In this document: piece after piece, positions 24,870-34,560 of the stretch
Layout: each line of letters begins with the position of its first letter
Position numbering within the stretch: the stretch's first letter is position 1
The notes under the pieces: generated by a model
Told to the model about the DNA's origin: nothing
Seen by the model: the letters and a program-made list of their open reading frames with translations, nothing else
Databases searched by the model: none
Translations under genes and position numbers: made by a program
Assembly: GCF_001194135.2 (NCBI RefSeq)
Contig: NC_068987.1
Span: 20,940,462-20,975,021 of the forward strand
DNA: 34,560 nucleotides
Direction: 5' to 3'
DNA from: Octopus bimaculoides
Taxonomy: Eukaryota

Positions 24870-26000
24870 TTGCAGAATGGATAAAGCCTCTTTTGGTGTT
24901 TTGTGTTCTGAGTTCAAATCCCACTGAAGTCAACGTTGCCTTTCATCGCTTTGTTTCTATAAGATAAAGTACCAGCCAAATACTGAGGTCAATGTGATTG
25001 ACCATTTCACTCCCCATCCCTGCATATTTTAACCCTTGTGGCTATATTAGAAAGGTGTCATGGGTTAGCCAAAACATTAGAACATCAGACAAAATGCCTA
25101 GTAATATTTGTCCCAGCTCTTTATTTTCTGAGTTCAATTGCTGATGAGGTCAACATTGCCTTTCCCGCTGAGGTTAATAAAGTACTAGTTATATATTGAG
25201 GTTGCTGATATCAGCTAAGCCTCTCCTTTCAAATTTGCTGGCCCATTGCCTTAATGAGAAACCCTTAAAAGTAGCAGAATTATTAAACCACAAAAACTAC
25301 AGTTTGATGTTCATTCCAGTTCTTCACATTCTAGGTTCAGACTTCATAAAAGAAAGTACCTATCAAGTACTGGGGTTGATGTAACTGACTTGCCCCCTCC
25401 CCTCAAAATTGCTGGCCTTGTACTGGCAGAATCACTAGTACACCAGACAAAATGTTTAGTGTCATTTCTTTCAGTTCTTTACATTCTGAGTTCAAATTCT
25501 GCCAAGGTTAGTCTTTCCTTTCATCCTTTCAAGGTCAATAAAATAATATACCAGTTGAACACCGGGGTTGATACAATTGATTTACTCCACTTGCTGGCCT
25601 TGTGCAAAAATATGGAACTCATTATCAACAGCATGCTGGGTAAAGTGCTCTACATCATTTTGCTCGTCCTTTCTTTCTGAGTTCAAATTCCACTGAAGTC
25701 AACTTTGCCTTTCATCCTCCCAGGGTCGAGAAAATAAGTTCCAGTTTTGAACTTAACCCCTACCCCGAAATTTCAGGTCTTGTGTTTATAGTTGAAAGGA
25801 TTATAATTAATTTTTAAGACAATGAGTTGGCAGTATCATTAGCATGCCAGTCAAAATGCTTAGCAGCATTTCATCCATCTTTACATTGTGAGTTCAAATC
25901 CTGCTGAGGTCGACTTTGCCTTTCATCCACATGAAGTCAATGTCCCCTCCTGCAAAATTTCAGGCCTTATGCCTATAACAAAAAGGATCATCATCAGCAT
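24870..26000 (+). mobile_element. Head-to-tail array of about six diverged family B SINEs
   Basis: Recurrent (c)tgagttcaaat B-box, gcctttcatcc core and ggccttgtg tail at about 190-nt spacing. Confidence 0.8.
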
Positions 26001-26639
26001 TATGGTTTGACAGAATCCTTAGGGTAGCATTTCTCAACCAGGGTTCTGCAAAAGGTTCCTAGAGGTTCCCCAAGAAAGATTGAAATCAGCTAATGCTAGT
26101 TTCACGATCGTAATATTACTATACATGCACAACATATTGTTGGTTATTGTAATAGAGACACCATCCTATCTAACCTATTATGTTATTAAAAACCATATAT
26201 ATAGATATATGATATTTACCACATGAACTACAATGAAAAGAATATGAGAAAGATATGATATACATTTTTTTTTTTTTTTTTTTTTTTTTTTTGTGCTGGG
26301 ATTTATTTTAAGGGTTAAATTTCCTTCAAATCATACCCTACTGTCTTAAAAACATGAGAACACATAATGTAGGACCAGTTACATTATTTTCAAATTAAAG
26401 AGAGCTAGTCAAGGCTGAAATGTTTTCACTCGATTATCTCTGACCTGACCCAGGGTTAAACAATGAGATCTAATGAGAAAGTAGTGATTGCTTGAACTGC
26501 AAAGAAATAACAGCCAAATTTTCCTCAAATCACACCTCTTTCAGTGAAGGAGAGAGGAAAACACAGATCAATGGTTAACAAACTGAAAATACCAAAACAC
26601 ACACACCCACTCCAAAATATAACTGAAATACTTGCTCAA

Positions 26640-26982
26640 CCCTTCTGATATCAACTTGCCTGAAACTACCTGGCTCTATGATACAAATATGTTTTAAAAT
26701 GATCTAAATTAAAACTTTTTATCATAATTTATGTTAATTTATATCTCAAACACCAGCTTAACCCTTTTGTTACCATATTATTTTGAGATGCTCTGTGTTT
26801 CTTTCAATTAATTTTAAATATAACAAAGAATTTAGTAAAATAATTTAGTTATCATTAAGCTAGTGTTAGGAACATAAATTGTGACTAAGGTTTGGGGAAA
26901 GATTTTAATTCAAAACTTATGAAAACTAGAGATTTGTACCACAGAGCCAGAGTCGGTTTCAGCCCAGTTGGTATCAAAAGGG
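26640..26982. mobile_element. piggyBac-type MITE
   Basis: tcaa|CCCTTCTGATATCAAC... and ...GTTGGTATCAAAAGGG|ttaa. Imperfect TIRs of about 50 bp starting CCCT, with TTAA or degenerate TTAA flanks. Confidence 0.65.
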
Positions 26983-26999
26983 TTAACAATGATAGTTAC

Positions 27000-27051
27000 T
27001 TCCATAAATTCTTCATAATTTTCAATAGAAACAAAGGCAGTGTGTTTCAAA
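27000..27051 (-). CDS. Candidate 52-nt internal exon of an unidentified minus-strand gene
   Basis: Branch-like cattaac, then ttcttatatttcag| acceptor and GAA|gtaact donor. One frame is open (LKHTAFVSIENYEEFME). No homology recognised. Confidence 0.3.
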
Positions 27052-27244
27052 CTGAAATATAAGAACACGTAGGTTAATGAGAAGACAAAATGGAGTAAGC
27101 TTCCATATAATATTTCTTTCTTCACCACACACTGAATAAGTTTCAAAAAATTGGAAACCTTATGGTACTTTGACCCTTTCCTTTTCAATTCTTACAGGCT
27201 TCCCCACTAATGTTTCCTGTAAATTGTGTACTCATGCATGTGCA

Positions 27245-27450
27245 CATCATCGCTATCATTTTAATGTCCACTTTTCCATGCATGCATGGATCAGATGGAG
27301 TTTGTTGAGCCAGATTTTCTACTGAGGAATCCTTCATCCATTCCCAATCAAGATAAACTTTCCACATGGCCGGATATGTTTTCACAGAATGCTGGAAATG
27401 AGTTACACTCATTTACAACTATTACGCAACATCAAGACAAGGATACTCAC
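27245..27450 (-). mobile_element. Retroelement 3' end sharing the RTE tail
   Basis: Reverse complement gives gcatggaaaagtggacattaaaatgatagcgatgatg, matching the tail at 28630-28669. Confidence 0.65.
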
Positions 27451-27466
27451 GTTCATATACACATGT

Positions 27467-28669
27467 GAAGGTAGTTTTTGTGTGTGGCAAATGCTCAGGG
27501 GCCATAAACAATGAAAATGTGCTGAAAACAGCTTCCGTCACATGTCAGGGGGAAAATCTACAGGTAGTTGATAGCTTCCGTTACCTAGGTGACCAAGTCA
27601 GTAGCGGGGGTTGATGCTCTGAAAATGTAGCTACTAGAGTAAGGATAGCCTGGGCAGAGTTCAGAGAGCTCCTATCTCAGCTGGTGACAAAGGGCCTCTC
27701 GCTCAGAGTAAAAGGTAGATTGTATGATGCATGTGTGCGAACAGCTATGCTACAGGGCAGTGACTGCTGAGGATATGCATAAGCTTAAAAGGAATGAAGT
27801 CAGTATGCTCCGCTGGATGTGTAATGTCAGTGTGCATACACAACAGAGTGTAAGCGCCCTGAGAGAAAAGTTGGGCATAAGAAGCATCAGATGCGGTGTG
27901 CAAGAGAGACGACTGCGCTGGTATGGTCATGTGTTGTGAATGGATGAGGACAGCTGTGTGAAAAAGTGTCACACCCTAGCAGTTGAGGGAACCTGTGGAA
28001 GAGGTAGACCTAGGATGAGGTGGTGAAGCACAACCTTCGAACATTGGGCCTCACCGAGGCAATGACAAGTGACCGAGACCTTTGGAGATATGCTGTGCTT
28101 GAGAAGACTAGGCAAGCGAAGTGAGACCATAACTGTGGCCTATACCAGTGCTGTATAACCAGCCCATTTAAGAGTACCCTTCATTCATTGGACAATAAAC
28201 TATGCTTGCGAAGACCTGTTGAGGCAAGTGAAATCGCTGTCGTGGCCAACGACAGTACCGCCTGATTGGCACCTGTGCCAGTGGAACGTTAAAAGCACCA
28301 TTCGAGCATGATTGTTACCAGGGTCGCTAACTGGCTCCCATGCTGTGCCACTGGCATGTGAAAAAATAAGCACCATTCAAGCGTGGTCATTGCCAGTGCT
28401 GCCAGACTGGCTCCTGTGCAGGTGGTATGTAAAAAGCACCATTTGAGCGTGGCTGATGTCAGTACCGCCTGACTGGCCCTCATGCCAGTGGCACGTAAAA
28501 GCACCCACTACACTCTCGGAGTGGTTGGTGTTAGGAATGGCATCCAGCTATAGAAACTTTGCCAGATCAGATTGGAGACTGGTGCAGCCTTCTGGCTCAC
28601 CAGCCCTCAGTCAAACCATCCAACCCATGCCAGCATGGAAAGCGGACATTAAACGATGATGATGATGAT
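27467..28669 (+). mobile_element. 5'-truncated, disrupted RTE-clade LINE (RT C-terminal region plus 3' UTR)
   Basis: Translates as VVDSFRYLGDQVSSGG*CSENVATRVRIAWAEFRELL...ERRLRWYGHV...GRGRP, with stops and frameshifts. ORF end at 28124; 3' UTR with internal tandem repeats and a (GAT)n tail. Confidence 0.88.
28240..28510 (+). repeat. Imperfect tandem repeat (period about 65-75 bp) in the RTE 3' UTR
   Basis: aaaagcacc(a/c) recurs near 28290, 28367, 28433 and 28497, with a gactggc motif in each unit. Confidence 0.75.
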
Positions 28670-29121
28670 CCACCAAATCCCCTTCCAAGATTAGTCGACT
28701 TGGAACTATAGTAGAAGTCACTCGCTCAAGGTGCCACATAATGAGACTGAATGCAGACCATGTGGTTAGGAAGCAAATTTCTTACCACACAACCACATCT
28801 GCACACACATATTACTATTGGAAAAGCATGAAAATATTGTGCACACACATTTTCAGGATGGAATCAGATTCTTTTTTAATCGAAGAAATTTTGAAGAATT
28901 GTTACTCTCATGGGTTGATTTGTTTACATCCTCATAACTTAGTGGTTCAGCTATAGAGATCAATAGAATAAGTACCAGGCTTAGTACTGGGGTTAAATTT
29001 GTTTGACTGAAGCCATCAAGGCATTTCCCCAGCACAACTTCAATCCAATGACTGAAACAAGTGAATGATAAAACATCTTTATATACATCAGTATATATGA
29101 CAGGCTTCTTCCATATATATA

Positions 29122-29196
<75 letters not shown>

Positions 29197-29365
29197 ATAT
29201 ATATATATATATATATATANNNNNNNNNNNNNNNNNNNNNNNNNNNNNNNNNNNNNNNNNNNNNNNNNNNNNNNNNNNNNNNNNNNNNNNNNNNNNNNNN
29301 NNNNNNNNNNNNNNNNNNNNNNNNNNNNNNNNNNNNNNNNNNNNNNNNNNNNNNNNNNNNNNATA

Positions 29366-29602
29366 CAGGGTGGACCAAAAGTAGGTTTACAGTTATTCAA
29401 CTGTCTCTTTCGCATTCATATATTAACAGTTTAGATATTAATTATTAAAAAAAGCTGAAACCATTATTCTATGCTAATTTAGTTAATTTTGTCAAGCTCC
29501 CTTTTTCAGTTTGTAAGAAAGAAATTTAAATGTAATGAAATGTTTTAAAAGAAATTTAAAGTGCCCACTTAATAACTGTAAACCTACTTTTGGGCCACCC
29601 AG
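29366..29602. mobile_element. Tc1/mariner-type MITE, 237 bp
   Basis: 32-bp TIRs (29366-29397 and 29571-29602, 2 mismatches) flanked by TA on both sides. Confidence 0.85.
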
Positions 29603-29924
29603 TATATATATATAGAGAGAGAGAGGTAGACAGATACATGAAAATATGTGCTAATACACGCATATAAATATCAGTGGTGTATCGTGGTTATTATACTGGG
29701 AGCGTAGCCACACCCAATGCCACCAAATTTCAAGTTAGAGTATACCAAAAGTTTTCCATTATGACTTGTGATTAAATTAATTAGTAAGGTTAATTAATAT
29801 TCATTATGAATTTGCCATATTCAATGGGTGTGCAGTGCACAGCTAGCACACCCAGAATATACACCCCTGAAATATATGTATATATGATGGGTAGACAAAT
29901 ACATGAACATATATACTAATACAC

Positions 29925-29961
<37 letters not shown>

Positions 29962-29962
<1 letters not shown>

Positions 29963-30180
29963 GAAGGGGTGCTGAAAAGTTCCTGGCTTTAAGGGTATCG
30001 CAAAAACCTGGTTGGAGGCCCAACCTTGCAAGTTCTTTCACAGGGCTTAGAAAAACTCAAGGGCCACTGCAATAAGTGTGTGAATCTGAGAGGGGGAATA
30101 TGTTGAATAAAATCATTATTAACTGATCCTCTTGTATTTTCTTCTACCCAGACCCAGGAAATCTTCTGCACCAACCCCAT
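29962..30180 (+). mobile_element. mariner-derived MITE
   Basis: Degenerate TIRs (ggggtgctgaaaagttcctgg / ccaggaaatcttctgcacc). Internal remnant resembles a mariner transposase C-terminus (EKL.G.CNKCVNLRG..YVE*). Confidence 0.7.
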
Positions 30181-30298
30181 ATATGTACACATACACACAC
30201 ACATATAGATGTAGAGATAGATAGATATAGATATATATGTATCTATATACACATAAATATATGTATGTATGTATATATATATAGGAGTGTATATTCAA

Positions 30299-30473
30299 CT
30301 TTGACTCAGCTCCACATGATTTAAAGCTTTGTGGGCATGTAAGACACGTCTACATCACAAGGTGTTTGTAGGCGGAGGTAGTTTAATTAAATGTTCCCTG
30401 CCCTACATCCTAATGAGAAGGACGTGTCCTACACGCCCACGAATCATTCAAGTCATGTGGAGCTGAGCCAGAG
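30299..30473. mobile_element. Foldback (palindromic) MITE-like element
   Basis: Imperfect arms of about 53 bp (30299-30351 and 30420-30473), an inner gtagg/cctac pair and a tttaattaaa centre. Confidence 0.7.
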
Positions 30474-30497
30474 TGTTATTATATACATGTAACATAA

Positions 30498-30648
30498 GGT
30501 GGCGAGTTGGTAGAAAAGTTAGCATGCTGGGCAAAATGCTTAGTGGTATTTCATCTGTCTTTACATTCTGAGTTCAAATTCTGCCGAGATCAACATTACC
30601 GTTCATCCTTTTGGGGTCGATAAATTAAGTACCAGTTGCACACTGGGG
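30498..30648 (+). mobile_element. SINE family B, CpG-decayed
   Basis: Same consensus as 1-226 with CpG changed to TpG/CpA. Confidence 0.85.
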
Positions 30649-30719
30649 AAGATTATATACATGTAACTCCAACCAAATCCATTAAGTACTACTTTATTTA
30701 GTTTGATCACTCACTCATT

Positions 30720-30777
<58 letters not shown>

Positions 30778-30861
30778 GATAAATTGAATATTAATTCAAT
30801 TTAAAACCAAGTGACCTAGCATATAAAAGAATCTGAAAATTCAGAAAAATTGTATTACACA

Positions 30862-30972
30862 TGTATAAGGGATGACCACTAAGTGGAGATCCAATATGCT
30901 AGAAAGAGGTTGGGTCGTTGATGACCTCTTTCTAGCATATTGGATGTCCACTTAGTGGTCATCCCTTATACA
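30862..30972. repeat. 49-bp inverted repeat, 1 mismatch, 13-nt loop
   Basis: 30862-30910 against 30924-30972, read directly. Confidence 0.95.
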
Positions 30973-31099
30973 CGTATATATATATCTATCTATCTATACT
31001 TGTTTTGCAAGATTTTTGATGTGAAATCGTGTGTTGAATATCAGACAAAATGGCTGATATTTAGCAAGGTGAGACACACATAAGAAGGAAGGAAACAAA

Positions 31100-31144
31100 G
31101 GACCACTGATGAGGTCACAGAAGTGTGACGAAAGAACTCTGGCC
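31100..31144 (+). ncRNA. Minimal type I hammerhead ribozyme motif
   Basis: Stem I GG(A)CCA/UGGCC; core CUGAUGA 31106-31112; stem II GUCACA-GAAG-UGUGAC; GAAA 31130-31133; 2-bp stem III; CUC cleavage triplet 31137-31139. One extra G between the core and stem II. Confidence 0.6.
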
Positions 31145-31263
31145 GAAATAAGATTAAGATTAATGTAATATAAAGCTGAAGCAAATTAACACCAAATATA
31201 CAGTGTGTGTGTTTTTATTGGCTAAACTGGCAATATGACCATCCCCAAGTACAACAATATCTA

Positions 31264-31309
<46 letters not shown>

Positions 31310-31374
31310 TGTGCATGTGTGTATGCGCATGTATGTATATACTTGTATATACATATTTATTCATATATCTATTA

Positions 31375-31760
31375 TAAGGCATGGCTGTGTGATAAGAGAC
31401 TCGCTTCACAACCACATGGTTCCAGGTTCAGTCCCACTGCGTGGCACCTTGGTCAAGTGTCTTCTACAATAGTCTTGGGCCATCCAAAGCCTTGTGAGTG
31501 GATTTTGTAGATGGAAACTGAAACAAGCCTATTGTATGTATATAAGTATATATATGTCCATATGCGTTGTCATTACGCTTAACAACCAGTGTGGATGTGT
31601 TTGGTCCCATAACTTAGCAGGTCAGCAAAAGAGAATGATAGAATAAGTACCAGGTTTAAAAAATAAGAACTGGGGTCGATTCATTTGACTAAAAATTCAA
31701 GGTGCTGCCCCAACAAGGCCACAGTCTGGTAACTAAAACAAGGGAAAGATAAAAGATATA
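31375..31760 (+). mobile_element. SINE family A
   Basis: ggcatggctgtgtgataag...ggttcagtcccactgcgtggcacc... through the tail. Confidence 0.85.
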
Positions 31761-31764
31761 TATA

Positions 31765-32060
31765 TTTTTTCTCTTATCTTCTACTTGTTTCATTTACCAG
31801 ACTGTGGCCATGCTGGGGCACAGCCTTGAGGAATTTTTAGTCAAAAGTATCAACCCCCCAATACTTACGTTTTATATTTCTTGAACCCTGGCACTTACGG
31901 TACCAGTCTCTTTTACCAAACCACTATGCTATGTGTACGTAAACACACCAGTACCAGTTGTCAAGTGGGGGGGGGGCAAACACAGACACAGAGACACATA
32001 CACACACAAACACAAACATGTGTGTATATATATGTGTGTGTGTGTGTGTGTGTGCATGTA
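31765..32060 (-). mobile_element. SINE family A 3' half, tail-to-tail with the previous copy
   Basis: Reverse complement of the family A tail. Confidence 0.8.
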
Positions 32061-32621
32061 TATATAGTGTTTGCATCAAAAATTTAGATGTATGTATATA
32101 CATACATACATATATATATATATATNNNNNNNNNNNNNNNNNNNNNNNNNNNNNNNNNNNNNNNNNNNNNNNNNNNNNNNNNNNNNNNNNNNNNNNNNNN
32201 NNNNNNNNNNNNNNNNNNNNNNNNNNNNNNNNNNNNNNNNNNNNNNNNNNNNNNNNNNNNNNNNNNNNNNNNNNNNNNNNNNNNNNNNNNNNNNNNNNNN
32301 NNNNNNNNNNNNNNNNNNNNNNNNNNNNNNNNNNNNNNNNNNNNNNNNNNNNNNNNNNNNNNNNNNNNNNNNNNNNNNNNNNNNNNNNNNNNNNNNNNNN
32401 NNNNNNNNNNNNNNNNNNNNNNNNNNNNNNNNNNNNNNNNNNNNNNNNNNNNNNNNNNNNNNNNNNNNNNNNNNNNNNNNNNNNNNNNNNNNNNNNNNNN
32501 NNNNNNNNNNNNNNNNNNNNNNNNAACTTATTCTATTCAAAGACTTGTTTTAGCCAAATGTTTATATGTTATTATTCATAGCATTATTAAAAATAAATTC
32601 TTTCCTCTATTTATCTATCTA

Positions 32622-32676
<55 letters not shown>

Positions 32677-33235
32677 CAAATAATATATGAGTATCTGCAT
32701 ATATACGAACATGTATGTGCATACCTACATCTACATGTATATATAGATGCATATCTGGGTACAGGACGTTGCAAACAAAACGCGGACAAAATGATAAACA
32801 GAGTACAGAAAACACACAGGCCACATAGAGAACATTTCCTTCATCAGCTGCCACCGTTCTAAAACTAACCGTTTCGAAGAGTTTATATATATATATATAT
32901 ATATATATCATGTTGATGAATGGTGTTGAGCTGGAAACATTATATGTCCACATATGACTTTTTATCCCCAGACAATAAGCCTGTACTTTTTCTTAAGAGA
33001 ATGTCAATTTTGGAGAACCCTTGAATTTTGGGATTATCTCCCCTTCTCAAGTAAACCTGGTTATAATTGCAATGTGGTAATTGTGATACATCCCCTAGAG
33101 GTGGAAATAAACTTGATAAATCAAAAATTTTGGTGGTATAGTATTTGATATACTAGTATTCATCTGTGTTATACAAATATATGCTACAAGCCTCTACTAG
33201 TACTTCCCTGAGTTCATACTAGTTTATATATGTAC

Positions 33236-33270
<35 letters not shown>

Positions 33271-33272
33271 TA

Positions 33273-34138
33273 GAGTCATAAGTGACAGAAATATTTAGAT
33301 GAATCTTTATTTAACAATAAAAAAATCCAAATATCACGACAAATTTGCTTCATCACTCAAAAGACATGTAAATAACTTATATTATCATATTTAATAATAA
33401 ATAAATTACTTTCATGTCTTTTAAAAGCATTCATGTTTCGTTACGCCATGATTTACATTTAACATAAAATTTATTTCACCTGATGACATAGCTCAAATTC
33501 TGCATTTTTTTGAAAGAAACTTTTACATTTTGTATTAGTGTATTTTGTATTTTGTATAGGCGCAGGAGTGGCTGTGTGGTAAGTAGCTTACTTCTTAACC
33601 ACATGGTTCCGGGTTCAGTCCCACTGCGTGGCACCTTGGGCAAGTGTCTTCTACTATAGCCTCGGGCCGACCAAAGCCTTGTGAGTGGATCTGGTAGACG
33701 GAAATTGAAAGAAGCCTGTCGTATATATGTATATATATATATGTGTGTGTGTGTGTGTATGTTTGTGTGTATGTTTGTGTGTCTGTGTTTGTCACCCCAA
33801 CATCACTTGACAACCGATGCTGGTGTGTTATGTTCCTGTAACTTAGCAGTTCAGCCAAAGAGACTGATAGAATAAGTACTAGGCTTACAAAGAATAAGAC
33901 CTGGGGTCGATTTCCTCAACTAAAGGCGGTGCTCCAGCATGGCAGCAGTCAAATGACTGAAACAAGTAAAAGAGTAAAAGAGTAGTGTAGAAATGTAAGT
34001 ATTTTATTTATTATTAAATATGATAATATAAGTTATTTACAAGTTTTTCGAGTTATGAAACAAATTTGTTGTGATATTTGGATTTTTTTTATTGTTAAAT
34101 AAAGATTCATTTAAATATTTCTTAGTCGTTTTTGACTA
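33273..34138. mobile_element. Tc1-like foldback DNA element with TIRs of about 145-150 bp, interrupted by a SINE
   Basis: 33273-33419 is the imperfect reverse complement of 33988-34138. TA on both flanks; ends read (g/t)AGTCA. Confidence 0.75.
33557..33983 (+). mobile_element. SINE family A, full length and near consensus, nested in the foldback element
   Basis: taggcgcaggagtggctgtgtggtaagtagc ... gaaacaagtaaaagagtaaaagag. Confidence 0.9.
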
Positions 34139-34273
34139 TATACACTCCTTATCCTTTTCTCTCCTATATCACTATATATTTTATATGGTTTGTACCTTGA
34201 CACATGAAGGAGCTTTTTTATGAGTACTACTAGATTACTTGAATCCATACAGCGTGACTTAAAATTACATATT

Positions 34274-34311
<38 letters not shown>

Positions 34312-34560
34312 TGTTTGTGGCAGATGTTCAGGTGCAATAAAGACTGTAAACAAACAGGAAACAACTTCTATCTCATTCCAGGCTGAAAAACTAGAGGTAG
34401 TCGATAGCTTCCGCTATCTGGGCGACCAAGTTAGTAGTGGGGGTGGGTGCGCTGAAAGTGTAGCTGCTAGAATAAGAATAGCCTGGGCAAAGTTTAGAGA
34501 GCTCTTACCCCTGCTGGCGACAAAGGGACTCTCACTCAGAGTAAAAGGCAGACTGTATGA
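34312..34560 (+). mobile_element. RTE-clade LINE fragment, runs off the window end
   Basis: Open frame VCGRCSGAI...EVVDSFRYLGDQVSSGGGCAESVAARIRIAWAKFRELLPLLATKGLSLRVKGRLY, homologous to the 27467 copy. Confidence 0.88.

Noticed and set aside
24835-24910. Minus-strand peptide-like end KTPKEALSILQNAFEIYAQ* overlapping an AATAAA
   Set aside because: It overlaps the head of a diverged plus-strand SINE and its acceptor would lie in the SINE B-box. Probably chance.
28240-28510. Repeat-spacer-like pattern resembling a CRISPR array
   Set aside because: Eukaryotic context, whole units are homologous rather than unique spacers, and it lies inside a LINE 3' UTR.
32820-32885. Minus-strand CGAAAC...CTGATGAAGG, a permuted hammerhead-like motif
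   Set aside because: Stem I cannot form and stem II is weak. At most a degenerate repeat remnant.

Overview
Repeat- and microsatellite-rich animal genomic DNA with several N gaps. The SINE, RTE and MITE families look like those of an octopus-type cephalopod (inferred from repeat recognition, not a search). The one well-supported gene is a plus-strand Kruppel-like factor, KLF5-like. Coding exons are 20059-21310, 22017-22076 and 22966-23153. There are two candidate phase-0 first exons: 6686-6808 (41 codons, GTAAGT donor) and an ATG-only exon at 10002-10004 behind a GC-box/CCAAT/CRE/MEF2 promoter. The rest is two tRNA-derived SINE families, RTE LINE fragments, mariner-, Tc1- and piggyBac-type MITEs, and foldbacks. 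Three observations stand out. (1) The KLF UGA stop lies inside a hairpin and is followed by an 85-codon in-frame open extension, a candidate for readthrough or ADAR UGA-to-UGG recoding. (2) A minimal type I hammerhead ribozyme fold sits at 31100-31144, near a 49-bp near-perfect inverted repeat. (3) Six same-family SINEs form a head-to-tail array, within a CpG-depleted downstream domain that may hold exons of a minus-strand gene. All repeat boundaries are approximate, read by eye.
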